IMG/VR virus record: IMGVR_UViG_3300043411_000844
Span: 1 to 63,975 of that record
Strand: one strand, 5' to 3'
Length of the DNA: 63,975 nt
From: a virus
Lineage: Duplodnaviria > Caudoviricetes
The translations under genes were made by a program, and so were the position numbers. Below the pieces are notes generated by a model. That model was not told the DNA's origin, ran no database searches, and saw only the letters and a list, made by a program, of their open reading frames with translations. Below, one piece after another: positions 1-9,224 of the stretch. Position 1 is the stretch's first letter. The number at the start of each line of letters is the position of its first letter.

Positions 1-47
1 AGTCAAGACGCTTCACCCCCCCAGTCAAGCCCGTTGACCCCCCCAGT
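1..47 (+). repeat. Terminal overlap identical to 63929-63975
   Basis: AGTCAAGACGCTTCACCCCCCCAGTCAAGCCCGTTGACCCCCCCAGT at both ends. Confidence 0.95.
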
Positions 48-789
48 CAAGCCCGTTGACCCCCCCAGTCAATTCGTCTTGACCCCCCCAGTCATTGAGC
101 AAAGACCCCCCCAGTCCCGCGATGCGGCGGCCAATAAAATCAAGGCTTTAGCTGAAGCGGCCGACCACAAAACTGTGCCCTCGCGCGCGCCAGAAATAGA
201 TAGAGATATAGAAAAAGAGAGAGACACGAAAAAATCGAACCGCCCGAAAAAGACCTCGGAAACGAACAAAATTCTGGCAGCTAGGCCGTACACGCCAGAC
301 TTTCAGGAGTTCTGGGCTGGATACCCGGATACCGAGACCTTCATGTCGAAGAAGGATGCTTGGGTTGCATGGCAAAGACTAACTATCGAGCAGCAGCAGC
401 AGGCGACTTCGGTCCTGCCCATGTGGCGGTCGGTTGTGGCTGATCGCAAACGCCGGTCGTCGGACTACGTTTGCTTGCATGCGCAAGGCTTCCTGAACCA
501 GCGTCGGTTTGAAGCGCTGGCCGAGATCAAGGCCAAGTCCCAACAACACCGGTACTGGTGGCAGGACAAACAGAAGCTGGCCAGCATGACCCCCGAGGAA
601 TGGGAAGCCTTGGTTCGCGAGCATGCGAATGGGATCTGGCCAGTCGAGCACCTCGGATACCCGCCAGCAAGTGGCAACCGGGTGATCCCCGACCCGGTCA
701 TCGAGAAGATGAACCTGAAGCGGTTCTACGACATCACGGGCGATCCAATACCGGGGATGTCTCCGCCGTGGATGAGAGGCTCCCACTGA
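1..789 (+). CDS. Replication initiator, C-terminal part (joins 63374-63928 across the circular junction, ~447 aa total)
   Basis: Frame continuous with ATG 63374; iterons, a purine-rich tract, then an FQEFWAGYP-type C-terminal domain typical of phage O-like proteins. Confidence 0.8.
   Translation, partial: SQDASPPQSSPLTPPVKPVDPPSQFVLTPPVIEQRPPQSRDAAANKIKALAEAADHKTVPSRAPEIDRDIEKERDTKKSNRPKKTSETNKILAARPYTPDFQEFWAGYPDTETFMSKKDAWVAWQRLTIEQQQQATSVLPMWRSVVADRKRRSSDYVCLHAQGFLNQRRFEALAEIKAKSQQHRYWWQDKQKLASMTPEEWEALVREHANGIWPVEHLGYPPASGNRVIPDPVIEKMNLKRFYDITGDPIPGMSPPWMRGSH
16..117 (+). repeat. Iteron array / replication origin inside the initiator gene
   Basis: ACCCCCCCAGTC with C7 runs starting at 63922, 16, 38, 60, 83, 106 (spacing 22,22,22,23,23); several copies have TTGAC...GTCAA arms; A-rich tract at ~192-236. 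Confidence 0.8.
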
Positions 790-950
790 TGGCCCTGATC
801 AACCGCGGCTACAGCTTCACCAAGGACGGCAAGATCAAGAAATCTGCTCCGAAGTCGAACGTCTCCAAACGGAGAAAGATCGCGCGATCGACGAAGAAGC
901 GGTTCGCTTCGCGCGCCAAGGCCGCAGCTACACGGGGGTTCAAGCCATGA
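789..950 (+). CDS. Small basic hypothetical protein
   Basis: ATG overlaps the upstream stop and its stop overlaps the next ATG; K/R-rich. Confidence 0.55.
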   Translation: MALINRGYSFTKDGKIKKSAPKSNVSKRRKIARSTKKRFASRAKAAATRGFKP

Positions 951-1390
951 TGGTTCTGGTGATGCGGGGGAAGGTGGGAGAGCTGCGCGAGGTCGCGGCT
1001 GGTAGCTGGGAGCCGACCCCTCCCGAGATCGTGCAGGAGGTCGTGGCCGCTGCGAAGCCGGCGCGCGTGCCGGTGCCGCTCGACGGTGTCATCGGCCTCT
1101 ATCGGCTGGTCGCAGACTACTGCGGGATCGAGTTCGAGGCGTTCGCCGGACCGAACCGGTTCAAGGACCAGGTTCGAGCTCGTCAACTGGCGGTGCTGCT
1201 GGCGCGCGAGGTGTTCCCCTCAGCCTCGCTGGTGCGGCTGGGTACAGCGCTGAACCGAGATCACACGACGGTCCTGCACAACCTCGAGGCCGGCAGCCGG
1301 CGGCTGACGACGGACCCTGAGTTCCGGGCTGATCTCGAAGCCCTGCGGGAGAAGATCGAGGAGATCGGCGTGCGGAGGGTGGCCGAATGA
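947..1390 (+). CDS. DnaA C-terminal (domain IV) helix-turn-helix protein
   Basis: RARQLAVLLARE...SLVRLGTALNRDHTTVLH matches the DnaA DNA-binding signature. Confidence 0.85.
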   Translation: MMVLVMRGKVGELREVAAGSWEPTPPEIVQEVVAAAKPARVPVPLDGVIGLYRLVADYCGIEFEAFAGPNRFKDQVRARQLAVLLAREVFPSASLVRLGTALNRDHTTVLHNLEAGSRRLTTDPEFRADLEALREKIEEIGVRRVAE

Positions 1391-2490
1391 CCATCCGCAT
1401 CATCAACGCCGACGTTCTGGACGGGCTCAAGGGGCTCCCCGATGAGAGCGTGAACGCTGTTGTCACCTCGCCCCCTTACTTCGGGCTCCGCAACTATGGC
1501 GTTGACGGACAGATTGGACTTGAGCCAACCCCGTCTGAGTTTGTCGATCGGCTCGTGGATGTCTTCCGTGAGGTTAAGCGCGTGCTCCGCAGCGACGGCA
1601 GCTGCTGGATTAATATGGGCGATACCTACGCAGCGAACTCCAAGGGTAGCGGGGGCACGCAGAGCAGCGGCTTGATGAGGGACGGCAGAGACGAAACGCA
1701 GCGGCGCAAGACGGCGGCGGGAAGCATCGAGCACCAGATGCTCGGCGACGTGAGGCAGTTCGACCTGAGAGCGGCTGGCGTGAAGGCCAAAGATCTGATC
1801 GGCGTGCCGTGGATGATGGCTTTCGCCATCCGCGCAGACGGGTGGTGGCTGCGATCGGCTAACGTGTGGGCCAAGCCCAACGGAATGCCGGAGAGCACCC
1901 GTGATAGGCCTACTGTGGGCCACGAGTACGTCTTCCAGTTCACGAAGTCATCCGACTACTACTACGGCTACGACGATGTTCGGCTTCCGCCTGTGCCGGA
2001 GAGCGTCGCGCGGCTGGCGCGGGCCATGCGGCATGATCTTGACAGCGAAGGCTTTGTCATCAGCGGCGGCGGCTATGCACCTCCTGGACAGCCGCCCCAT
2101 CAAGGCGCTCGCAAGACGGACAAGCAACGCGGGCACTCTCGCAGGCATGCGGGTTTCAACGATCGCTGGGACGCCAAGCAGAAAGCAGAGCAGCAGTCGG
2201 ACGGGGCCGCGCTCCGCTCCGTGTGGTGGATCGCGCCGGGCGGGTTTGCTGACGCTCACTTCGCCACGATGCCGGAGGAATTGGCGGCACTGCTCGTGCT
2301 CGCCGGGTGCCCCAAAGGAGGCACGGTATTGGATCCGTTCGGTGGCGCGGGTACGACGGCCCTTGTCGCAGATCGGCTGCAGCGCAACGCCATCCTCATC
2401 GAGTTGAACCCCGAGTATGCTGCCATGGCCGAGTCCCGCATCAATGGCGATCGCGGTGGTCTCCTCGATCTCATGGAGGCAGCACAGTGA
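1387..2490 (+). CDS. N4-cytosine/N6-adenine DNA methyltransferase (beta class)
   Basis: VTSPPY catalytic motif N-terminal, HFATMP and VLDPFGGAGTT SAM motif C-terminal. Confidence 0.92.
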   Translation: MTIRIINADVLDGLKGLPDESVNAVVTSPPYFGLRNYGVDGQIGLEPTPSEFVDRLVDVFREVKRVLRSDGSCWINMGDTYAANSKGSGGTQSSGLMRDGRDETQRRKTAAGSIEHQMLGDVRQFDLRAAGVKAKDLIGVPWMMAFAIRADGWWLRSANVWAKPNGMPESTRDRPTVGHEYVFQFTKSSDYYYGYDDVRLPPVPESVARLARAMRHDLDSEGFVISGGGYAPPGQPPHQGARKTDKQRGHSRRHAGFNDRWDAKQKAEQQSDGAALRSVWWIAPGGFADAHFATMPEELAALLVLAGCPKGGTVLDPFGGAGTTALVADRLQRNAILIELNPEYAAMAESRINGDRGGLLDLMEAAQ

Positions 2491-2675
2491 TCCCCTTCCC
2501 CCGGAAGAAGCAGATCAAACCAAACAACGTCTTCCCCGCTGTCCAGCACGTGCATCCTCTGATCCGCTGCGAGAAGTGCAAGGGGTACTACCGGCAGGGG
2601 AGGGCGCTGTTCCATGTGTGCCCTTCGGAGCAGCAGAGGCGGGCGATGAAGCAGGAGATGCGCCGGGATGTCTGA
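2487..2675 (+). CDS. Small hypothetical protein (CxxC)
   Basis: GTGA overlap with the upstream stop; fills the gap between the two methyltransferases. Confidence 0.5.
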   Translation: MIPFPRKKQIKPNNVFPAVQHVHPLIRCEKCKGYYRQGRALFHVCPSEQQRRAMKQEMRRDV

Positions 2676-3666
2676 GCTTCGTGTCCTGGATTTGTTCAGC
2701 GGAATCGGAGGGTTCTCACTTGGCCTTGAAAGAGCAGGCATGCGCACCGTCGCCTTCTGCGAGATCGATCCGTTCTGCCGGCGAGTGCTCGCCAAGCACT
2801 GGCCAGGCGTCCCCTGCTACGAGGACGTCAGAACCCTTACAGCCGACGCTCTTTCCCGAGACGGAATTGCCGTCGATGTCATCTGCGGCGGCTTCCCCTG
2901 CCAAGACATCAGCTTCGCTGGCAAGCGCGCTGGCCTCGAAGGTGCGCGATCTGGTTTGTGGGGAGAGTATGCCCGACTCATTGGCGAGCTACGACCCCGC
3001 TTCGTCATCGTGGAGAACGTCCCAGGCTTGCTTTCTCTCGGGATGGGTCGAGTTCTCGGAGACCTTTCCGCGCTCGGGTACGATGCGACGTGGGATTGTG
3101 TCCCAGCTTGCGCCGTCGGCGCCCCTCACAGACGCGATCGGGTCTGGGTCGTTGCCCACTCCCAGAGCGGAGGGGTTCGACGCCGGCGGAGCGGACCCGA
3201 GACGCAGCCTGCATTCCTACGTCAAGAAATCATTGCTCCCGACTCCATCGGCGACGAGCTACGGCAGCAACCAAGGCGGAGCCGCCGGACGGGTCGGCAA
3301 GGTGAGGCCGTCGCTCGAGACGATGGCCAAGCACGGGCTCTGGCCGACGCCGACAAGTTCGCTAGGCACGAAGGGCGGACGGGTCACGCCGCAGAAAAGC
3401 CGGGAAGGCGGAACGCTGATCGAGGCCGTGAGTGCGAGGACCTGGTGGCCAACGCCAGACGCGAGCCCACACAAGTTTCGGCTTCAAGGCGACAGCCAGC
3501 AATCGAAGTCCCTACGGGGACAGATCGGTGGGAGTTTGAACCCGACGTGGGTCGAGTGGCTCATGGGGTTCCCGCTCGGGTGGACCGTCTGCGAGCCCTC
3601 GGCAACAGCGTCGTCCCGCAGATCCCGGAAATGATCGGCCGCGCCATTCTGGAGTCCGTTCAATGA
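2668..3666 (+). CDS. dcm: C5-cytosine DNA methyltransferase, alpha-type chain (motifs I-VIII and X)
   Basis: LDLFSGIGG, GGFPCQD, IVENVPG, PHRRDRVW, RLRALGNSVVPQ. Confidence 0.93.
   Translation: MSELRVLDLFSGIGGFSLGLERAGMRTVAFCEIDPFCRRVLAKHWPGVPCYEDVRTLTADALSRDGIAVDVICGGFPCQDISFAGKRAGLEGARSGLWGEYARLIGELRPRFVIVENVPGLLSLGMGRVLGDLSALGYDATWDCVPACAVGAPHRRDRVWVVAHSQSGGVRRRRSGPETQPAFLRQEIIAPDSIGDELRQQPRRSRRTGRQGEAVARDDGQARALADADKFARHEGRTGHAAEKPGRRNADRGRECEDLVANARREPTQVSASRRQPAIEVPTGTDRWEFEPDVGRVAHGVPARVDRLRALGNSVVPQIPEMIGRAILESVQ
2876..3634 (+). CDS. Overlapping-frame ORF, putative beta chain of the C5 methyltransferase carrying motif IX (start uncertain; frame open from 2417)
   Basis: Four (L/W)PTP repeats and LNPTWVEWLMGFPLGWT, a motif IX-like sequence absent from the dcm frame. 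Confidence 0.65.
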   Translation: MSSAAASPAKTSASLASALASKVRDLVCGESMPDSLASYDPASSSWRTSQACFLSGWVEFSETFPRSGTMRRGIVSQLAPSAPLTDAIGSGSLPTPRAEGFDAGGADPRRSLHSYVKKSLLPTPSATSYGSNQGGAAGRVGKVRPSLETMAKHGLWPTPTSSLGTKGGRVTPQKSREGGTLIEAVSARTWWPTPDASPHKFRLQGDSQQSKSLRGQIGGSLNPTWVEWLMGFPLGWTVCEPSATASSRRSRK

Positions 3667-4466
3667 CCGCCTGGTATCCGATCGCCACCATGCGAGAAGC
3701 TCACACCCCCGTCCGCATCTCAGGCGGTGGCTATGAGCTGCTCGCCGAGATCAGGCGGCACCCCCGCCTCTCTCAGGTGGGCAAGCCCGTCTGGTGGTGG
3801 TACGAGATCACGAAAGCCGGAAAGCTCGTACCGCTCTCAGCGGTGGGCCTACAGGGCCATCCGTCTCTGCACCTATGGAGACCGCTAGAACCGGAGAAAT
3901 GGCCTGTAGCGCTTCCTGATGCGGTTTCAGGGGCTATTCCAGCACCACCCGATGATCATCCGCTTCCGCCAGAGCCAGATGACGGTACAACGCAAGGCGA
4001 CGGCTGGCCCTATCCGGGGCTGCGGCTCGGGGCACTCGTCCCACCGGTGAGCCTCGAGGAGTGCGAGGCCCGGCTGCTGCGCGCCATCCGCACCATGCGC
4101 TCGCCGGCGGTGGCTGGCATCGGCGGCTCGTCCGGCTATGCAGGCGACATTCCCCGCGAGATGATCAAGATCGGGCTTCGCTTCGCCGAGCTCGAGCGCG
4201 TGGCCGAGGAGGGGGACAACGAGCTGCGCGCCGTGCGCTCGGCCTGGGCCCCGACGCGGCGGGACATGACCGATTGGCTCTATGCGATGGACTGGCTCAA
4301 GGGCGTCAACCAGCGCTCGCGATCGATCCTCTACCTCCGCTCGGACGATCCGCCCCCGAGCTATACCGCGATCACGCGGCATCTGGGCGGCACGCCCCAG
4401 GGCATCCATCAGCGCTACACGACGACGATCAAGCAGGTCTTCGGGAGGGTCAAGGATGCGCGGTAG
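3663..4466 (+). CDS. Hypothetical protein with C-terminal sigma-4-like HTH, possible late regulator
   Basis: ILYLRS...SYTAITRHLGGTPQGIHQRY; position at the end of the early right operon. Confidence 0.5.
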   Translation: MTAWYPIATMREAHTPVRISGGGYELLAEIRRHPRLSQVGKPVWWWYEITKAGKLVPLSAVGLQGHPSLHLWRPLEPEKWPVALPDAVSGAIPAPPDDHPLPPEPDDGTTQGDGWPYPGLRLGALVPPVSLEECEARLLRAIRTMRSPAVAGIGGSSGYAGDIPREMIKIGLRFAELERVAEEGDNELRAVRSAWAPTRRDMTDWLYAMDWLKGVNQRSRSILYLRSDDPPPSYTAITRHLGGTPQGIHQRYTTTIKQVFGRVKDAR

Positions 4467-4938
4467 GCAAGCCCAACAGATCGCGCGGGAGGCCCGCGCC
4501 GAGCTCGACTACTGCGCCCTGTTCATCGTCGGGCCGGTCGAGCCATTGCCACTGTTCTCAGGTCGGAACAGGCCGCTGCTCCCCGTGACCTTCGGGGTGA
4601 GCTCCAATCCTCGATCGCAGGTGACGGTGGCGCGGCGGTGGAATTTCGCGCATGTCGAAATCCGGCATGAGTGGTGGACCGTCGGCCGTCCTCTTGCGGA
4701 GCGGCTCGAGCGGCGGGTTCTGGCGTTCTGTGAGTCCGGGGGGTTTCGTCTGGCGCTGCCGGGGCTCGACGGGGGGGATCGCTGGTTCGATATGGACTGG
4801 CCAGGGATCGAGCAGGCCGTCGCCTGGTGCTCGTGTGTGGAAGGCATCGAGACCATGAGCGCAGCGGAGCGGGACGAGCGGCACGCGCGGGTCGCGCGGC
4901 ATGTGGTGGCGCGGCGGGAAATGGGGTTCATGCGGTAG
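4456..4938 (+). CDS. Hypothetical protein, weak T5orf172/GIY-YIG-like pattern
   Basis: VTFGVSSNPRSQ...LAERLE...RWF. Confidence 0.45.
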   Translation: MRGRQAQQIAREARAELDYCALFIVGPVEPLPLFSGRNRPLLPVTFGVSSNPRSQVTVARRWNFAHVEIRHEWWTVGRPLAERLERRVLAFCESGGFRLALPGLDGGDRWFDMDWPGIEQAVAWCSCVEGIETMSAAERDERHARVARHVVARREMGFMR

Positions 4939-4980
4939 AAACAAAAAAGCCCGGCTCGGGGTGTGATCCCCGGCCGGGCT
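4939..4980 (-). terminator. Intrinsic terminator between convergent genes
   Basis: AGCCCGGC...GCCGGGCT stem with an A-run on the left (U-tract on the minus strand). Confidence 0.75.
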
Positions 4981-4984
4981 CTGG

Positions 4985-5866
4985 TCAGGCGACGCGAACG
5001 AGACGGACCTTGCGGCCGTCTCTGTGCTTGTGGATCGCTCCAGCGTCCTCGGCAGCAGAAGCCCATTTCGAGGCCGTGCCTTTGGGAACGCCAAGCCTCC
5101 GAGCGAGCTCGTCATTGGATGCCTCCCCCTTCTCAAGCGCGGCGAGCACGCGGCGGACAACCTCAGTCACCGCAGCGTCTTCAGAGGCGGCTGCCGGCCG
5201 CTCCGTAGCCAATGCCTCCCTGCCATGGCCGAACATCGGCAGGAGGATCGAGAAGGCGAGGAGGGCGTAAGCCCCCAGTAGCGTCGGCGCTGCCTCCGCT
5301 ACCACCTCCGGGACATTGAGCGTCGCCGCCACAATGTTCTCGGCCCGGATTGTGCCGGCCTTCCGCGCGGCTTCCGCCTTCGCTTGCGCGTCGACCTTGG
5401 CCGCTTCGAGCTGCTCTTTCAGACCGCGGCAAATGGATTTGCACCCTTTGTCTTTGGTCTCGCGCGTCACCTCCTGAGAGAGGCGGACAACCTCGGCATT
5501 GGCCGTGTTCTCAGCAGCCTGGGCGGCTGCCACGCTCGCGTTGTGCGTCCTCGTGGCCTCTGCCCGGATCTCGCGACCGTGCAGAAGTCCCTCGAACGTG
5601 TTGTAGAAACCGGTGGCTTCAGACGCGACCACTGCCAGCAGCAGCAGCGCGGCGTATCTCCCCCGGCCTTGGGCGCGCGCCCGGATCGCTGCGGCGATTG
5701 CCACGGCTCCCAGTGCGGCCAGAGCTCCGGCTGTGATGACGGCTGGCTTTTGCCAGTCGAGACCCCCATCAAGCAGTTTGTCGACGTTGGCATAGCCCAC
5801 AAGGGCCATGCTCAACGCTCCGCCCCCGGTTGCGATGTGGCGGAGTTTGGGATAGTAATTCCCCAT
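4985..5866 (-). CDS. Multi-pass membrane protein with coiled coil and C-terminal HTH
   Basis: Three N-terminal hydrophobic helices, Ala-rich coiled coil with CKSIC, a further TM, then SNDELARRLGVPKGTASKW. Confidence 0.7.
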   Translation of the reverse strand: MGNYYPKLRHIATGGGALSMALVGYANVDKLLDGGLDWQKPAVITAGALAALGAVAIAAAIRARAQGRGRYAALLLLAVVASEATGFYNTFEGLLHGREIRAEATRTHNASVAAAQAAENTANAEVVRLSQEVTRETKDKGCKSICRGLKEQLEAAKVDAQAKAEAARKAGTIRAENIVAATLNVPEVVAEAAPTLLGAYALLAFSILLPMFGHGREALATERPAAASEDAAVTEVVRRVLAALEKGEASNDELARRLGVPKGTASKWASAAEDAGAIHKHRDGRKVRLVRVA

Positions 5867-5946
5867 TGCGATTCTTCTCCTCGGAAGGGTTGGACTCGCA
5901 CCGGGGCCCGCCGTGGTGTCAGCCAAAGCGGGCCCCTATAAAACGC

Positions 5947-5982
5947 AAAAGGCCCCGCACTCCTTTCGGAGCCGGGGCCCTT
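5947..5982 (-). terminator. Intrinsic terminator
   Basis: GGCCCC...GGGGCC stem, AAAA on the left, just past the stop at 5987. Confidence 0.6.
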
Positions 5983-5986
5983 GTCG

Positions 5987-6358
5987 TCAGACTTCCATGT
6001 AGACGCGGCAGTTGACAGACGTTGAGACTTTCGGGTTGCTCGGCTGGCGCTCGTCTTGATGGTAAAGCCAGCATGCACCCTTGCGCGCGAATGGTAGTCG
6101 CGTAAGGGTGGCTTTCGGGATGGCCTTGTCGACCTCCCCCGAAAAGCTCATATAACCCGTGCCGAGATAGAACTCGTACTCATCGGATTTGCCATTCGAT
6201 GCAGTCTGAATGACATCGCCGTTGATATGGGCAACTCGCCTCAGGGCCCCGTTTTTAAGTTGGAGAAAGTCCCCAACCCGTGGCCCGTCTCTCATCTCCC
6301 ATAGCCTGCAACGCTCGGCTACTATCCTCGCGTCACGGTCGTCAAAACGTGGTCTCAT
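5987..6358 (-). CDS. Hypothetical protein
   Basis: GAGGAG RBS before ATG 6358; lower GC. Confidence 0.65.
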   Translation of the reverse strand: MRPRFDDRDARIVAERCRLWEMRDGPRVGDFLQLKNGALRRVAHINGDVIQTASNGKSDEYEFYLGTGYMSFSGEVDKAIPKATLTRLPFARKGACWLYHQDERQPSNPKVSTSVNCRVYMEV

Positions 6359-6709
6359 GTAATGGTCTCCTCGGATGCAATAGACCAAAGAGGGCGGCCT
6401 TGTGAGCCGCCCTTGCAATGTCCCTGCGCTCTGTGGTGCAGGCCCCGAAGGGCCTGACCAGGTCTCCTATCGTGTTGCGGCACGATTGGACCCGCAAGAG
6501 TTCAAGCCGGGTGCCGGTTATCTCCGGTCCTCTGGGCCCGTCTCGGCTCCGGTGGAAGTCCCAGCTCGTCACTGGGGCCAACGGGGCGTCGATGTCGTCT
6601 ACCATCTAAGTATACCACAAACGCAAAACGTTCAACGTTGTTTTTCGATCAACTTTCCGTGAACAAGCGGAACATGACTAGAACAAACGCTCATTTTCAG
6701 GTAAAACGT

Positions 6710-6738
6710 TTGACATTGCGTCGCAGGGCCAATATGTG
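6710..6738 (+). promoter_or_regulatory. Putative sigma70 promoter for a probably leaderless Arc-like gene
   Basis: TTGACA-17 nt-TATGTG, ATG at 6745. Confidence 0.45.
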
Positions 6739-6744
6739 AGGGGC

Positions 6745-7032
6745 ATGGCCAGACCCCGCAAAGACAAAGAAATCAACGCCGATGACTTCCTCGGCATTCG
6801 AATCACTGAGGCCATGAAGAAGGCCATCAAGGTTCGAGCTCGAAAGCACCGGCGCACACTAGCGGCTGAAGTCCGGGCCATGCTCGAGACCGCGATCAGC
6901 CAGGCGGAGGGGCATGGGCAGGCTCTCGATGAATTGGGATCTGGGGGACTCTCCGGAGGAGAGCCTTGCGAGGCTCAAACGCAAGCTACGGGGGCAGCAT
7001 CCGGAGGCGGACCGAATCATTCGGGAGATTGA
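6745..7032 (+). CDS. Arc-like ribbon-helix-helix DNA-binding protein
   Basis: FLGIRITEAMKKAIKVRARKHRRTLAAEVRAMLE. Confidence 0.75.
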   Translation: MARPRKDKEINADDFLGIRITEAMKKAIKVRARKHRRTLAAEVRAMLETAISQAEGHGQALDELGSGGLSGGEPCEAQTQATGAASGGGPNHSGD

Positions 7033-7738
7033 GCAGCGAATTGACGGCCTGGAAGGGAAGGAGTGGCGCGCTAAGCCGGAACCGAAGTCGAGGCTGGTCT
7101 ATCGGATCTTCGATCCCGCGCGTCGACTGATGTATGTGGGTCTGACGTTCAATTTGACCAACCGCCTGACAAATCACAGGCGGCGGGGAACTGTCGGAGT
7201 GAAGGCGCTGCTTGCCGGCGCGCATTCTGTTGAGGTGATGTCGCCTCAAATGCTCCCAGAAGCCGAAGCGCAAGCGCTGGAAACGTCTCTCATCCGGCGA
7301 TATCGACTCGAGGGCTGGGAAGTTCTGAACTTAAATCCGGGTGGCGGTTTGGGTGGGGCAATCCATTGCTGCCCTGGGGACCTGCTTGTGGCCGCGCAAC
7401 ACTGCACTAACAGGCGGCAATTCCAGCAATTTTACCCTACTCTGTACGACGCAGCGATCCGTAGCGGGCTTATCGAGGATGCGTTCGCGCTGCATCGTCT
7501 TTGGGGCTGGTCCCATCAGCCGCTTCGGGCATGGCCTCATATCGTGGCCGCCGCTCGCGCCTTCCCTGACTATCTGACGTTCGTGCAGCAATGCCCTGAT
7601 CTGGATGATTGCGTGCGATCGCTCCTCCGAATTGGGAAGCTGAGGCGCGAAGTCTGGCCTGGGGTGGCGCGGGAGCGTGGTGAACAGGCCAAGTTGGCCG
7701 CCATTCGCAAGGCTAGGTCTTTGAATCGAAGGGAATAA
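6914..7738 (+). CDS. GIY-YIG endonuclease-domain protein
   Basis: LVYRIFD...MYVGLTFNLTNRLTNH...ALE...LNLNPGG. Confidence 0.75.
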   Translation: MGRLSMNWDLGDSPEESLARLKRKLRGQHPEADRIIREIEQRIDGLEGKEWRAKPEPKSRLVYRIFDPARRLMYVGLTFNLTNRLTNHRRRGTVGVKALLAGAHSVEVMSPQMLPEAEAQALETSLIRRYRLEGWEVLNLNPGGGLGGAIHCCPGDLLVAAQHCTNRRQFQQFYPTLYDAAIRSGLIEDAFALHRLWGWSHQPLRAWPHIVAAARAFPDYLTFVQQCPDLDDCVRSLLRIGKLRREVWPGVARERGEQAKLAAIRKARSLNRRE

Positions 7739-8462
7739 ACGCAGCGCCATGCGTCGGAATGTCGCAGATACCCTCTATTGATGATCTCCGCCGATCGTGT
7801 TACGGTTTTTGGGTAATCTCGGGAGTAAATGCGTCACCCGAGCCAATTCCCCACACAATCCGGCCTCGAAACCCTGGAGCAAAGCGCGATCCGCGCCTCC
7901 GGGCTCTTTGCGTTGCGCTGAATGCCGTGGGGCTCTGATTCGCAATCCTCGAGGTGCCACATGGCCGCCTTTGCTTCGCGTGTCGCGGCCGGTGAGCTGC
8001 CGGCGCTGCTGTCGCTCGGGCTGCTCTTGGGTGGCCTCGGGGTGATTGCCTGCTTGTGCCTGGCGCTGGCCGGCCATGGCGATTAACCGGGCTGTGGGGC
8101 CGGCGCGACCGGGCACGACCTTTGAATACGCCAAGGGCTGCCACGCGGTCGTGACTCATCTGATGGACAAACGCGGCTGCGATGTCCAGGACCCGGCTCG
8201 GGCCGTGACTGCGGTGATTTACACGGTCGACGGCTCGTTCTGCATAGCGCTGCGAGCTCAAGATCGCAAGCTCATCAAGCTAGCTGCGGGGAGTGCCTGA
8301 ATGCAAGCGCTCAACTACCTGGCCGCCGCTGCTCTGTGCTTCGCAGTCGCTTGGATATTCGTGATCCTCGCCACTGCGGCCGGCTACTGACTGCCTAGCC
8401 TCTGTACTGCCGCTCCATAGCGGTATGGTGTCCCTGTCCCCGCCACAACAACCGATGGTGTC

Positions 8463-8795
8463 ATGACGAAACGCAACCGCAAGACCTCCGCTCGTGCCAA
8501 TGGCAAGCGCCTGGCCGCTCCGAAGCCGGCCGAAACCGCCCCGCAGACAAACCCGATCGCCGATCGCCTGCGAGCTCTGGCCGATGAAATCGACAAGGGC
8601 GGGGTCGATAGCTGGGTGGTGTGCGCTGTCCGCCCCGATGGCCGCTTCTCGGCGGAGAGCAACTTCGGTACCCATCACCTGACCGCGCTCGGCTTCATGC
8701 AGGCGCTATGCTCGAAGATGGCCGTATGGTCCGCCGCAGCTCTGTTCGGGGTCTCGAGCCTCACGCCGGCCGCACAAGGCCAGATCCAGCGCTAG
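8463..8795 (+). CDS. Hypothetical protein
   Basis: Protein-like ORF in late-strand orientation. Confidence 0.5.
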   Translation: MTKRNRKTSARANGKRLAAPKPAETAPQTNPIADRLRALADEIDKGGVDSWVVCAVRPDGRFSAESNFGTHHLTALGFMQALCSKMAVWSAAALFGVSSLTPAAQGQIQR

Positions 8796-8928
8796 GCAAG
8801 CGGGAGCGCAACGGCAACCGATTAGCGGTCGTCATCAGAGGGGAAATCGCGTGTGGGCGTGTATAGCGCATGACGCGCGCGCGTGAAACGAAAAAACCCC
8901 GCCAGCCTAAGCCGACGGGGTTTTCACG

Positions 8929-9123
8929 TTACAGGCGACCGCGGAGCCAATCCCGGAAGGCCAGACCCGCGAAGATCAGGCCGGACCCGACTGCGCCGAC
9001 GATGACGAACCATGACGGCATGTCACCGGATGCGGCCGCGACAGAGCCCCAGAAACCGCCCCAGGCCATAGCGAGAGCCAGGAAGCCGGCGAACGACACG
9101 ACCGAGAATGCCTTAGCAAGCAT
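8929..9123 (-). CDS. Small two-TM membrane protein
   Basis: GAGGAG RBS, two hydrophobic helices, basic C-terminus. Confidence 0.6.
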   Translation of the reverse strand: MLAKAFSVVSFAGFLALAMAWGGFWGSVAAASGDMPSWFVIVGAVGSGLIFAGLAFRDWLRGRL

Positions 9124-9224
9124 GCGGATTCTCCTCGGATTGTGGGAAGCAGTCGACCTCAAATGGATCGACTAAACCCATTGTACCACAACTCTAACTG
9201 CGACATAGTGACGCACCATAGGCC

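Noticed and set aside
16-117. Regularly spaced repeats as a CRISPR array
   Set aside because: Period is only 22-23 bp, spacers are ~10 nt and partly identical, the array is inside a coding frame, and there are no cas genes
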